A stretch of 63,815 nt of DNA, the filler included, from Choristocarpus tenellus KU-1152 (taxonomy: Eukaryota > Protista > Phaeophyceae): assembly GCA_964200185.2 (NCBI GenBank). It is 10 parts of 10 records of this genome, joined end to end, with 100 filler letters (N's around TTAATTAATTAA, not from the genome) between each part and the next. Parts side by side here need not be neighbours in the genome. Positions count along the whole stretch, not along the records: positions 50,165 to 59,344 come from CAXNAD020003911.1; positions 59,445 to 63,815 come from CAXNAD020014864.1; 8 more parts are not named here. The stretch is one strand, 5' to 3'. The notes beneath the pieces are model-generated. The model made no database searches, had not been told where the DNA came from, and was given only the letters and a program-made list of their open reading frames with translations. Every line of letters starts with the position of its first letter. Positions within the stretch are counted from its first letter, which is position 1. A program made the position numbers and the translations under genes. Shown piece after piece: positions 51,972 through 63,815 of this stretch.

Positions 51972-53675
51972 GAGGCTGGGACCACCACCACCCCTACCTC
52001 TGGATTTGGATTTCACATCTGGGTCACCAATACAACCGGACCACAAGGTGCCGACTCCCCTGCCATGGCCAATGGCATTGTGTCATGCGAGGAGAAGGTG
52101 TGTGTGCATTGTTGGTGTTTTTTTCAATGTGATGAAATAAGTTTCAATTCCTCAATTCAGCTTGTGTTAAAAGGTGGATAGGGTAGGTTCTTAGTTCTTT
52201 ACTGTAAAACGGGGTCGTTAAGAGATTGTATCTGAACTTTATTTTTATTTTTATAACTATTATTATGATGGAGGATGGACAGGTTCTAAACTTTTCATTC
52301 GTAACACAATCCAAGTTGATTTTTCTTTTTAATTGTGTCTACGAATTGTTCAAATCAACCTTGTGGGTGGATGATGGGGTGGTGGTATAGGAGAGCTCTA
52401 TTTATGCTACATATTCAGTTTTTTATTGTGTATGTGTTGTACGCTAGGTTTATGTTATGCTTTATACATCCTACTTTTCGTGTTTCCCATGAGTGTGAGC
52501 ATGCAGGCCATGTGCCTGTGAAGGCGTTGGTGTATTGTGGTCTCATGAAAAGGGGTTTTTCTTCATTTCCTCGACAGCCAATAATAGTGAAAATGATAGT
52601 TAATATACCAGTAATAGTTTATAATAATGGTTAATATACCAAAAATAGTTAATAACGATAACTAGTACTACAATAGCTAAAACATTTATTTATTTCTCTA
52701 CACGTGTGACAATGTATGTTTTCACGCGTAAAATACCTGATCCAAAGTGTACTTTTTTAGCTCTCTATCATGGGATCTTGTAAGGATTCCAATGCTAGTC
52801 TTTTAACACAGCCCCAACCGAACCTTAACCCCTGCAGGAGGAGCCTAGCCCTCAGCCGTCAAAGTCAGATGAGGGAGAGTCCACCGAATCTTCGTCCACC
52901 TCTACCCCTGCTACCACTGCTGATACACCCACCCTTCCAATCCATTCGGGACGCCTTACTAAAGAACGATTTGAGAATATCCTGGAGCAACTTGGGTGGG
53001 AACCTCAGGGTCTTGATGTTCGCACTTGTGGGCCTACCCAGGCAAGAAGCGAGAGTATCAGGAGGAAGGAATGATGAGAATGAGGCGTTTTTCTTGTGAA
53101 TTGCCATTACAACAGCATGAAAGTTATTGAGTCTTTTGTTCCCTTGGTGATAAACCCAGAGTAGTGTTTCGCTTCCATGTCAAATGCAAGGGGAGGACAG
53201 CTCATTCACTGTAGGTTGCCTATGCATACTCCAGCAGAGGGTAGGATGATGTAGGACGAGTTCACCTTGTGTATACAAGGTTAGCTAGATTGCAAGGAGT
53301 GGATAGGTTGTGCAAGGCGTGTACCTCTTCACAGATCTGTTCATGTTTTTGAGTTTACTCTTACAACCTCAGTACAAGATTGGTTAGGTATTATGTTTCT
53401 GCAATATTGGCATGATTTTAGGAAGTTTATCCCTCACGCCTGATGCCTTTGGATGCAAACATTGGATGGATGGTGTTGAAACGGTCCATACTGGCATCTG
53501 CCTCCCTAGCCATCAAATTCCGACTCTCTAGTTCTCCCCCCTTGCCTGTTACGTTTTTTCCAATGTCCTAACCCCTGTCCCTTTCTACCTGCAGATGATG
53601 TCTGATATCCTTTCCTGGAGCAAAGACTTGGGTGTGCCAGCTGAACGTGGCATGGGGGAATGGTTTGATCCTTGA
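51972..53675 (+). CDS. FNR-family NAD(P)-binding oxidoreductase (OXNAD1/cytochrome b5 reductase-like), C-terminal 3 exons
   Basis: Phase-0 exons 51972-52097 (GFHIWVTN), 52838-53041 (SGRLTKE...VRTCGPTQ) and 53595-53675 (MMSDILSWSKDLGVPAERGMGEWFDP*) rebuild the GR.....CGP..M......LGVP..R...E.F terminus typical of FNR-like proteins. The model needs a GC donor at 53042. Confidence 0.6.
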
Positions 53676-55416
53676 GTGGTATTAACCCTGCACTCTTTGG
53701 GTGGTTGGCGGATAGTATAGGCGGAATAAATGATGCTACACAAATTGAACCATTTTGGTAGATCGGCAGCTTTTTTGCTCGGAGGGGGTGTAGGGGGGTA
53801 GTTTTTGGGAATGGCAAGAGTTTCTAGGCAGAAGTAGTAGCATGTGGTCTCTATCATGAATGTGAGGCAAGTGAAATCGTGCCAAGTGAAGCATGGAGAT
53901 GATGGGAAGGGCCTTTTGCTCTTGTAATGTTCTTTCTCCAGGGGTTGTCAGTGTGTTCCGTGGCACTTGCAATCAGTTTGGTTAGGATTAGGGTCAGGTC
54001 TAGCTATTTACATTACTTTAACAACTCACACATACCCCACAATAGTCTGATTAGGGTAAAGATCATGGATGGATATTAGATATACATAGTGATTGGGTAC
54101 AAGTTGCCGAAGGCAGCATGTTCAGAGCTGGGATTTGTTCATTAGTGCAAGGATGGGAAGCAGAGGGTGCATAGCAGACCCCGACACATATCGTACAAGG
54201 CAGAAGCAGCAATCTTTGGTTTGGTTTATTGTAGTTAAAGTGTGCACAACAGAAAGTTTGAAGCAGTCTTGAGTACTTTGTGTGTGTGTGTATTGGAAAA
54301 ATGTGTTTTCTAATACCGAGTTTTTTTTTTAGCATATGTGCAATGAAGTATCAATGGGTGGTGGTCATTAGAGCATCGGCCGTCTTTTTTTTTTTATCTT
54401 TTAGTGTTTTGAGTTATATAACACCTGGGTATATTATATTGGAGCATTGCAAAGTTTGTAGCATTTCACATACCTATCAATAGGGAGTGCTCAATTTTGG
54501 AAATACTTCTTCCATCATAGTACTGGTGGAGGTTAGTACTTTAGTGTTTTAACCATCGTGGGGAGTTTCTTTTGGCAAACCGAGGCAGGAAAACAACCTG
54601 TCCTCTCTGAACCAAAACTACACTGTCGCAACACAGGAGAGGTCCTTGAAATAAGATCAAACATCATATCACCAAGAGTGAAGTGTGTGCCATCAAGTAC
54701 AGGTTTTCTTTCCTTCTCTGTCAAGAGTGCCTCAGTAGTAGCTCTTCCTTCTCTTTGCGGAGCTCTCCTTCGATTGGGAAAATATGCCTTGCCACGTATG
54801 CCTACCAATGATGAGCAGAAGTGTTTTTTTCGAAATTCCATGCACAAAATGCTATACCCAGAGAGGAACAAAATGGTCGAACTTGCTTTCAGGAGCAATT
54901 GAAATGGCGGTTTGTCTTTTTCCACAGCATGCTGATCAAGCAAACAGAGTCTACACTCACTACCTCGAACCGATTATAGTAAAAATTGTGAGGAACAAAA
55001 CCAAGTTTATCTATAATCCTTTTTCGGAACACAGGAGGAATCACATGCTGTTTTTAATTTCTATGAAATATACCTGAGTGTACATGTAATATAAACGAGG
55101 AGGTAATCTGTAGGGCTGATAACCACCCTTAACAAACGACCATTTTGTCAAGGATATGTTTTTTTTTCATATGTAGAAGTAGATTATGTAGGAAACAATC
55201 TGATCATGGAAGAGACCATGTTTGTGTTCTGAAGAATAGAAATAGGAATGGATTTAATGAACTAGAATATGGAAGAGTTCAAGAATAGGAAACATAAGTA
55301 GCACGAAGTCTCACTCCTCCTTTCTTGTCACCTACTTCATGTACAACCTGTCCAACCCAGTAAGGGATTAACCAAGTCTTTGATATACACAAGTCTTGGG
55401 AACACCAGCTTCTTTG

Positions 55417-55600
55417 GGCTCAAAGCATCTGTGGGGTGTGTGTGTGTGTGTGTACACCAGGGTGTCCATTTTGGGCTCTGACCAGGAAAAGTTCACTTAC
55501 ATGATCCATCTGATGCATGCAACCAAATAACCCAAAAAATGCGACATGGAAAAAAGGGCTCCAAATGGACAGCCGCCACCCCCCCCAGATACTTTGAGCC
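55417..55600. mobile_element. About 184-bp MITE, subfamily B (TIR GGCTCAAAGYATCTG...CAGATACTTTGAGCC)
   Basis: 15-bp near-perfect TIR plus an inner GTCCATTT(T)GG / CCAAATGGAC pair shared with family A. Confidence 0.75.
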
Positions 55601-56112
55601 TTAAAACAGTTGGATGGCACTTACCGATGGACAAATCTTGGGGGTGGAAGCACATTTGAAAAGATGCAATCATCAACGTGCTCTAGATGAGTAGGGATTG
55701 AACGCACTGTGGTAACCACATCTTATTGTTGGCCCTCGCAATTTTCTTCTGAATGTTAGTGCATAATAATTGGAAGATTACCTGGAATGGGTGAACTTCA
55801 ATTAAATGAGAAAAAGTGTTTATTGTGGCCTTGAAGCTCCATTCCGAGCCATCCTATTCTAAGGATGGGTACCGTTTGAGTATTTGGGGCCTATGTGACT
55901 GCCTTATAGTACCTGAGAGCGCATTGTGCACTCCAGAGGGCGAGTTGGCGCTTCTATGGTTGATTGCTTGTCTTCTGTATACACCCACAGCATCCTAAGT
56001 GGTTTAGGAAAGCCCTGAATACTCAGTAAGGGTCAAACGTAGACCCCCCTCGAGGATGGAATTGCCCTCCAAGGGCTCGGACAATATATATATATATATA
56101 TACATATATTCT

Positions 56113-57110
56113 GACCTGCTATAGGAAGCATATGATTCTGTTGACCTCTATCTCTTGTCAACTGTGCTTGCCAAGGTTAAAGTGCCTGAGAAGATGGTCC
56201 CAATCATCAGACTGTCCCATGTTGGAATGTAGGCATGGGTAAAGCAGAGCGTATGAACAAGTTTGAGGCCAGGTAAAGCCTTCGTCAAGGAAGAGTGTAC
56301 TCTTGCCCACATCCTGTTCAACATCTTCAATTTGGAGTGCCAAACACAGCAGTAGTTAAGGAGTTCGTCGGTGACCCAATCATCTCAAAGGACCTTCTCA
56401 ATATTGTGTGAAACAAACAGGTCGGAGAAGGGAGTTTGGTAAATGTGCGTGGCACCTGTAAGCTGTGCTGACACAGCAAACATTTACATCCAAGATCCAA
56501 GGAAGTCTGACCATGGTTGTGGAAGAAATTGTGAAGGTGGCTTGGACATTCTGGCTGACGGTGTCTTAGTTGAAGGCGGTTAACATGTGCGTTTCACGTC
56601 CCAAAAGGCCGTCAATATTGTGTGTATGTTGGGGTGAGGTTCAGATCTATAATCAGACTGACAAGTTTGTTTGCCTTGGAGGCCCCATCAGTGATGAAGC
56701 TGATACTGCCTGCCTAGATCAGTCTACGTGCTCAAAAGGCCTGGGGCAGTTTCATAGTACAGCCAAGGACTTAATCACAGAACTACAGCTATATGTGTCA
56801 TATATTTGAATTTCACTCTTACCATAAGTTCCTCAACACTGCGCCAGATTTCGTCAACAGAAATGCTCGAAGCACAATCCTAAAAAGATGCTTCTCTGAA
56901 GACTGAATGTGGCATTATCGAGGCAACTGCGCGAAAACAGGGGAAGTTCCTTTTGGCTGGGTCAGTTACATGCATGGCGGGTTAGTGACTCCCAAAAGGT
57001 GATGTTTGAGTAACTTGTTGGAAGGTGGGAGCAAGGTGGACAGGAGTAGAAAAAGTACTGTTGGATGCGCCCGCAAACCTAAAGAAGTTTGGGATCACGG
57101 TGAAGGGTGG
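56113..57110 (+). mobile_element. Degenerate non-LTR retrotransposon (RTE-like LINE) reverse-transcriptase remnant
   Basis: Broken motifs DL..AYDSVD..LL..VLAK..VPEKM..IIR..H.GM, LRQG....P.LFNIF, LCxDTA (YADD region), LTVS and QTDKFVCLGG. Confidence 0.8.
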
Positions 57111-60100
57111 AATGCAATACAAGAAGAGCAACAATCCAACCCATGTGGTGTAAGGGTGACTACGTCCTTTCCACAGATTTAAGTCCTTTTATCAGACTAA
57201 TACAAAAATATATATTTTGAACAGATCTCTACATTATATATATATATATATTTGTACTTCCTAAGTACCCCGTTTACCAAATGAACACTATCCTCGTCTC
57301 CCATGGACACATGCTTCTACTCTCCCACTACTTCTCCACGGTATTTTCTTTTTTCCCACAGATGTTTCTATTTTTTTCGTAGACAGATGGTATGAGAGGG
57401 GATGGGACGGGATGTAAAAGAAACTCCACATTGACGACTCAAAGTGAATCCGTCGTCCTCCACCCGAAAGATTCCCAAGACGGTACAAATTTCTCAAAGT
57501 CTAATCACCTCACCCACCAATCAGGAGTGAGAGACGTTTTCACACACTCCAACTAATTAGCTGTGGAGATCTACCAGTCCAATTGTTGACTAAGTTCAAG
57601 GGTGATTTTCAATGCCCCCCTCCCTTTTTTACAACAGTACATGAGTGTACTATACAAAGTGCGAACTGGTGTAGAAAGTTTGAGTTGAATGCATGGCATC
57701 TGCCCAAATCAGAAGTACATTAAAATTTGATTTATGGCTTGTTACCAAGCCTAGCACTCTCTTCTCTATCTAGCAAAGAAGCAAGCGCACAGAATCGAGC
57801 CCAGCTCAACCAAAAAAAAAAAATTACTCAATTTTTTTTCGGGTGACTTGACTGACCTCTTGCGCTTCTTATCCTCTTCATTATTGACAACTGTGGGAAC
57901 ATACTATACTAGTGACTGCCACACATCGAGTTCACACTTAATGTGAAAGTTGCAGGGGCCACAGTACTAGCTTGTTCAGGCAGTAATAAAAAATACGTAC
58001 AAGACCACTTTTGTTTGTGTAGCTACCATGAAGGAGCAGTTTCAACAGTAGTGACATGTGTTGCCCATAGTGAGCGTTTCTTGTGTCCTGAGCGTTTGTT
58101 GTCGATCACATAATGACAAAGCCTTGCGAAGACAAAAATACTGGAGGGTCAAAACACCTCATTTTAGCCACCTAAACAGCAATGAGACACTGAGAGTTTC
58201 GAGCAATTTCCCGTCACACCAACTCAACAAATCACCTCTTTCCCCCCCTAGAATGGTACCATTAGAGACCTGGATTGCTTCCAACCAACATTCCATTCCT
58301 GTACAACAGTGAACTGGAGGCAGTCGATCAATCTCATCTATCCTTATACTGCAATATACCACCACTCTTATATTTCAATGTACCACCATCCTTGTACTTC
58401 ATCTAAGTAAGGTACACTAAGTCAAACTAAACGAGAGGTACACAGTATTGCATTCTAAGGATGCTGACAAGTATGAGCAAAATTCGCATTTTTACAAATG
58501 AGCGTAGTATATTTTCTCAACTGTGTCGGAATTTTTTCAAATAATAGAGAAATCAGCCCTGTCAAGTCAAACTTAGAACTTCATCCCAAGAAATATGGGT
58601 GAATAGCAAGACATTGAAAAATAGACTTAACATGCAAAACGACCAAAGCCTGGGTACCTCTCGTTTACGTTGGCCCACTTATACTTCGGAGTATACTTCA
58701 GTGCTTGTTGCCAAAACATACCGCATTCATTCTTCCTGGAGGTGGACTCAAACAGAGCAAACATGAATTTGGACGAAGTTCCCTTGATAGGCACCTGAAC
58801 CTAATTCTTACTTCTCATAAGCCACGTTTGTGGCACCAGCTACCTCCAAATCTTGGTATCAAAATTGCAACATAGCAGCAGAACTCAACACAGATTTCAA
58901 GGCAACCCCATATTACTCTCAGGTAGGCTATCTATCCCTGAGAACAGATCAAATTTATGAGGTCAACTGTGCTTCACGCAACGAATCACGTGCCGCCTGA
59001 GCTGCCACAAGCGACCCCGGTGCTCTGGATGCCCTGCTTCGAAAAAATATTTCAAGGAAGGGCGGGCATGTACGAAAATGGTTAGCAAAACGTAGTCCCC
59101 AAACACATGATTGATGTGGACATCACTCAATGATACCTCACATTCTGCGCTTATTTGTTCTGAAGATATAATATATCTTCCATTAAACTATGTGCTTCTC
59201 CACGCTATTTGTACATGCTTGCCTGGTTCCAACCTTTTGATACACTTTTTGATATAATTCATGTGACATTTGACTCGAAGTATCTGGGGGGGGGGAAGGC
59301 GGCTGTTCATTTGGGGTCAATTTGTTTATGTCCCGATTTTTGGGNNNNNNNNNNNNNNNNNNNNNNNNNNNNNNNNNNNNNNNNNNNNTTAATTAATTAA
59401 NNNNNNNNNNNNNNNNNNNNNNNNNNNNNNNNNNNNNNNNNNNNATGTTCAAGATAGGCCACCTTCAGGGTATACCTTCTGTGGAATGTGGCTATCACAT
59501 ATACTTGTTGCAAATAAGTGAAAAAATGTAAGATTTGTTCAGAGGTCTGAGGTCTAGTACCACTTTAACTGGGTGTTTTTATCATTATGAAGTTGCATTT
59601 ACTATCGATAAGTATATGTAAATAGCAAAAAACAATGGTTGTACATAGTGTGACCGACAACAAAATGCCAACTGGTTTCCTTACCATAGTGTATTTTTTG
59701 TTGTTTACTGCTGTGCGAAATCTGTTGTAAACCTAAGTTGAAAGGAAGGAACAGATACAGAAATTTCCATACAACTCACTTCGGTACACTGAACACAGTA
59801 CTACTAACGAGTGTCTAGAGAGCATAATGTGTGGACACGTTTCTGCCCCACTGCTTGCCTGTGTGACAATGTTGATGGTCGTTTCCTTCACAGTCCTTCA
59901 GACGAAAGGGGGGCAACACGCAATGTGAGTCATGCGATGATGCACAAGTTTGCCAATACAAAGGCCTTGGAAAACATCCGTTATTGTTTTTAAACACACC
60001 TGAATCACCTCCCGACTCATCCTGGGCTTATTGTACAGTGGTACCAAAGCATGCCCTGCCGTGGTGAGTCGGAAGACTTGAGGCATGATAGTCCCCCTCG

Positions 60101-61787
60101 TGTAATTGTCTATACATCCTCCTGCACCAAACTGACTATTAAAAAACGCGTCTGATCTGTTTAAGAAGTTTCTTAAGTATTTCAGAAAATTCCCCAGTCT
60201 ACTGGTTCGGTGTGAATATGTTACACCTCTTGGTGTGGATAGGTAAACTGTAGAATATGTTGCACGAAAAGTAGGGAAATAGATAGGTGTTACTTGGGAT
60301 ACTTACACCCAAAGTTTAGTTTTTATTTTATTGTGTGAGTGTAGGGAATAATGGATGCATAAAGAGAGTATCATACTGAATCAGCACCAGCATCCCAACA
60401 CCATGTTATTACTTGCACACGTATTATTATTGTGCTAGTGAAAGAACCGTGTAGAGGACGGCTTTATATCAACTGCGGTATTTTTTTTATTCCTTACATT
60501 TCACCCATTTGAACTGCGCTATTACTTTTCAGTCAAAATACCCTACACTTGAGAGGAGCAACTAGATACACATAAATTTACGCAAAGCTATCAAGCATAA
60601 TATGCAGTAGTTTTGCATTGCTTGGAGGACCACAACATGCAACAAGGACGGTTGTTTCGAGAGCTCAAACGCTACCCTATGGGAGCCCCAACAGAGAGGA
60701 TCACCACACTCGCTTGATGTAGTTGCAGGTGGTGATAATAACTGTTGTTGCAATGGTAAGGTGACAGTGAACTTTTTTTAATGGATTATCCCTCGTCAGA
60801 AGTTGTCCTAAGCACGATTAGGATGGTGGATCAAATGGGTGAGAGATGGGGCTTGTCAGTGCTGCTTGACAAACTGCAGCATTGCCAGCAGCAATACGAG
60901 GTATGGTAGTAAGGGCTCAGGTTGTGGCATGCTTGGTGTACTCTACGCCATTAACATAGATAGACCCAATTGAATTTATTGAGAGTAGTAGAGTGCATGG
61001 GATTCTGTGAGAGAGTATAGACAGTTTGATGCACATGCCATCTGACCCTGACTAGTACCAGACATGCATTGCGTAGCTCCAGTTGGTTCATTAATAATCC
61101 TTCCAAGTGTAATTGAGCTGCCTCGCGACATGGGCCTGCCGGTTATATAATGAGGAATCCATCCTATTTCAGCACCCCCCTAGTCAGATGGTTTCCACTG
61201 TAGTCTCTATTTGCGTGAAAGATAAGTAACCATCTGGCTGAGAGAAAACTAACACAATGGTGGTCGTCCATTCTTGAATGACCATTTCACACATACTGCT
61301 TTCTAAGTACTCATGACCACATCTGGACTAATGTTGCTAGTATATACAGTAGTTGGAAGTACCTGAGTCTCCATGAATAATAAACCATATGTGCCATCCT
61401 CCGATCTGGCGAGGCTCAAACTTCTACGATTTCCACTCACTCTATCATGCACGTTTTCTCACTGTTGTAACGAGTGTGTGGACTCGAAGAGAAGCCCGTA
61501 GAAGACATATCATGGCCTTCAGCATTGATGTGCTGTCCTCATCCCGCCAATTGCACCCAACATACATCTAAAGCACGACACTTCATATACAGGGTACTAA
61601 GCCTTTTGGCCCACCAGATACTCCATAATAAAACTTCTTACAGATAGGGCACAAAATAAAAATAAGGTAAAATACCTCATGCGAGAATATTATTACAATA
61701 CTATCGAGTGAAACTGAGATCGCACTGCATACCATACTTCGACACACACAGAACTTCCAAGCTCCATATCGAATTTACCCCAAGTAT

Positions 61788-62092
61788 TGTTATAGGCGCC
61801 CCTCAGAAGCTCACCTCCACAGGATGTATAGCTCCAATCCACGGTCTTATAGATGATGCTGATGTATGTTTAGGACTCCTGATGCACATGTCGTGAAGTA
61901 TGCTGGATCTCTCACTTGAATTATCGTCCATGTCATAATATAAAAAAGAACTGATCAACGATGTCTTATCACAATCTGGGACCATAATAACCAAATAATA
62001 AATAAATAATAAAGTACAAATATACCAAATCTAGAACTTGAATGTCATAATGGTGTTTATGAAACCGCCATCAAGACATATCGCCTGTGACA
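61788..62092 (-). mobile_element. Second copy of the TGTTACAGGC solo-LTR-like repeat
   Basis: Its reverse complement aligns by eye along the full length with 15321-15609. Termini on the + strand are TGTTATAGGC...GCCTGTGACA. Confidence 0.75.
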
Positions 62093-63429
62093 GTAAGCTA
62101 CCATGGCAGAATTCACTGAGGATGTTGGAGGTGCCAGAACACTTCTACTAGAACCTGCTTTGGTAGCACAGTCAATTCTACATCGCAGAGATGCATTAAA
62201 TGAACCATGAAGTCTATCTAGAAGCATCGATAAATGACTACAACCGTGACATGTACACTACCTACTGGTGAGGTTTCAGTGGATCAAGTTCGGAGGGTTT
62301 GTGTCCCTTCAGTTTTCCTACTATCCAGGTACTAAGAAGATGTATACAGAGATACAAGAGACCACGTCACTAGACATTACACACACACACACACACGCAC
62401 ACACACAAATCTAACCCTGCCCGTCTGCAGTATGTCTACATTCCCATCAGTATGGGGAAGGAGGAGCAGCATAAGACAGTGTGGAGAAAGAGAGTTGCAG
62501 CAGAGGTCTCAAGTAGGGGTGAAGCACTGAGTTCAACCATGTCCTCAACCATGAAATAATCTTGTGGAGAATGAGAGACAGGCAATGTTGGGGTCTCAAC
62601 ACAAACCCACAACAGGGGCCTGTAATAGTATCCTATGAAGAAAGGTTTGCGCAATAGGCTATAATCAAAAGAAGTAAGAACTATTGTGTGGCACAAGGGC
62701 AAGAAGACAGTTCTCTCCAGGAAAAGGAGAGGAGGAACTCTGCTACTACTGCGGGATAAGCGCATACAACTCAGCAGTATGATGACACGGAGATATCCTT
62801 TGCCACGACCACCCACACCACATAAAAGATAAGGAGGATTTAGCAGTCGAGCACTCTCCTAGCACAAGCCTACCCCTCAAAAACAAGCTGAAGCAGCAGC
62901 AGCATCCCTTCCAGAATCCAAAAATGATTGTATTATTAGGATGGAAGCTTCCTCTAGCGTACTACCAGCCCAGCACAGCAATTGGCTGACTCTTCACTGT
63001 TTGTCTTAGCCAGATAGAGTAGAGGGGTACAAGTGTTTCAAGGCATGGATATAACATCGCTGTGTAAGTTAGTTGGTAGTGAGAGGAGTATTAACTCATC
63101 CCCCTGTTCCTGTGGCAGAACGCAAGAAAGGTGGAAGGGAAACACCAGTGATAGTGATTCACACAAGGACAAACTCCCCTTGGTCTCAATGGCACACAGT
63201 TGTCTAAGTCGAAGCAGCTGACACATGTCCTTCAAGGGAAAGCGTTGAACACTATTGAAGGCACTACATAACTATAAGGGCTTAAGCGAGTGCAACATCG
63301 ATTCCTGCAGGACAAAAAAAAATCCTGCTACAGCCCTCACTACGTCTTCTGTACTGTGGCACAACACACATACTTAGGCATTCTTCTTGCCTCTGTGCAC
63401 AACGATGATCATAGTGTGAGTTACATAAT

Positions 63430-63815
63430 CAAGAATGACAAACCTTAGCCCTCAATTTTTTCACAATAGGGACAAGAACTCCTTCTGGTGACCTCTGTTG
63501 CTTGCCAAGCGCTGAAGTGTATGAAGTGTATGTGATGGTGTTGGGGGAAATGCCACAAGCCTTCATCTCCCTCAACAGGAATTGGTCGGTTTCCCACTGA
63601 CACCCATTGATGCAAGCTGTGACACATACACTGTAAGTGACGACATTAGGGGGTATACCCGCAGCTTTCATTTCTGGAGCAGAGACACAGCAACCACCCA
63701 AAGGCCTCGACGGTCGCATGTTTTGATACATGAATTCTATGTGACAACATTGGGGGTAATGCCATTAACCTTCATCTCCCTTAATAGGGACAAAGGCAAT
63801 TTCCCATTGACCTTC
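63430..63815 (-). pseudogene. Pentatricopeptide-repeat (PPR) gene fragment, disrupted
   Basis: Three successive about-35-aa PPR-like units (LLREMKVNGITPNVVT*NSCI; EMKAAGIPPNVVTYSVCVTAC...QWE; LLREMKACGISPNTITYTS). It carries an in-frame TAG and two frameshifts. Confidence 0.8.

Noticed and set aside
54533-55077. Overlapping 100-136-aa ORFs downstream of the oxidoreductase
   Set aside because: No recognisable motif or consistent exon structure.
2776-59444. Repeated TTAATTAATTAA blocks as a biological repeat or array; gene clustering across them
   Set aside because: These are assembly linkers between unrelated contigs.
57500-61700. Possible degenerate transposase or retroelement coding remnants
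   Set aside because: Too decayed to assign by eye; needs a frameshift-aware search.
1-63815. tRNA, rRNA or snRNA genes
   Set aside because: No convincing T-loop/D-loop or snRNA signatures seen by eye. tRNAscan-SE/Infernal were not run, so absence is not proven.

Overview
Eukaryotic, intron-rich DNA, probably from an ochrophyte or brown-alga-like stramenopile; this is inferred from gene content, GT-AG introns, TTAGGG repeats and transposon types. The window is not contiguous. It is ten short contigs joined by an artificial 100-nt linker (N44-TTAATTAATTAA-N44), so adjacency across the linkers has no biological meaning. Most ORFs in the supplied track are spurious, so I built exon models by hand and checked splice phases. 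These give: partial PGM2-like phosphomutase, 3' end of SMU1, a PP2C of the PP2C/cNMP-binding/kinase type, an intron-containing DUF4954 gene head-to-head with a BART-domain gene, a complete 8-exon SUMO-like-domain plus BTB/POZ gene, the 3' end of an FNR/OXNAD1-like oxidoreductase with a probable GC-AG intron, two hypothetical genes and a PPR pseudogene. The rest is transposon debris (two Ty1/copia remnants, a DD39D-like mariner, an RTE-like LINE, solo-LTR-like repeats, a clustered GAG...CTC MITE family), minisatellites and many interstitial telomere-like repeats. The best leads are the SUMO-like/BTB fusion, a putative membrane-protein gene enclosed by two near-identical inverted MITEs (candidate gene-capturing composite transposon), and the spliced DUF4954 gene from a mainly bacterial family. 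No database searches were run.
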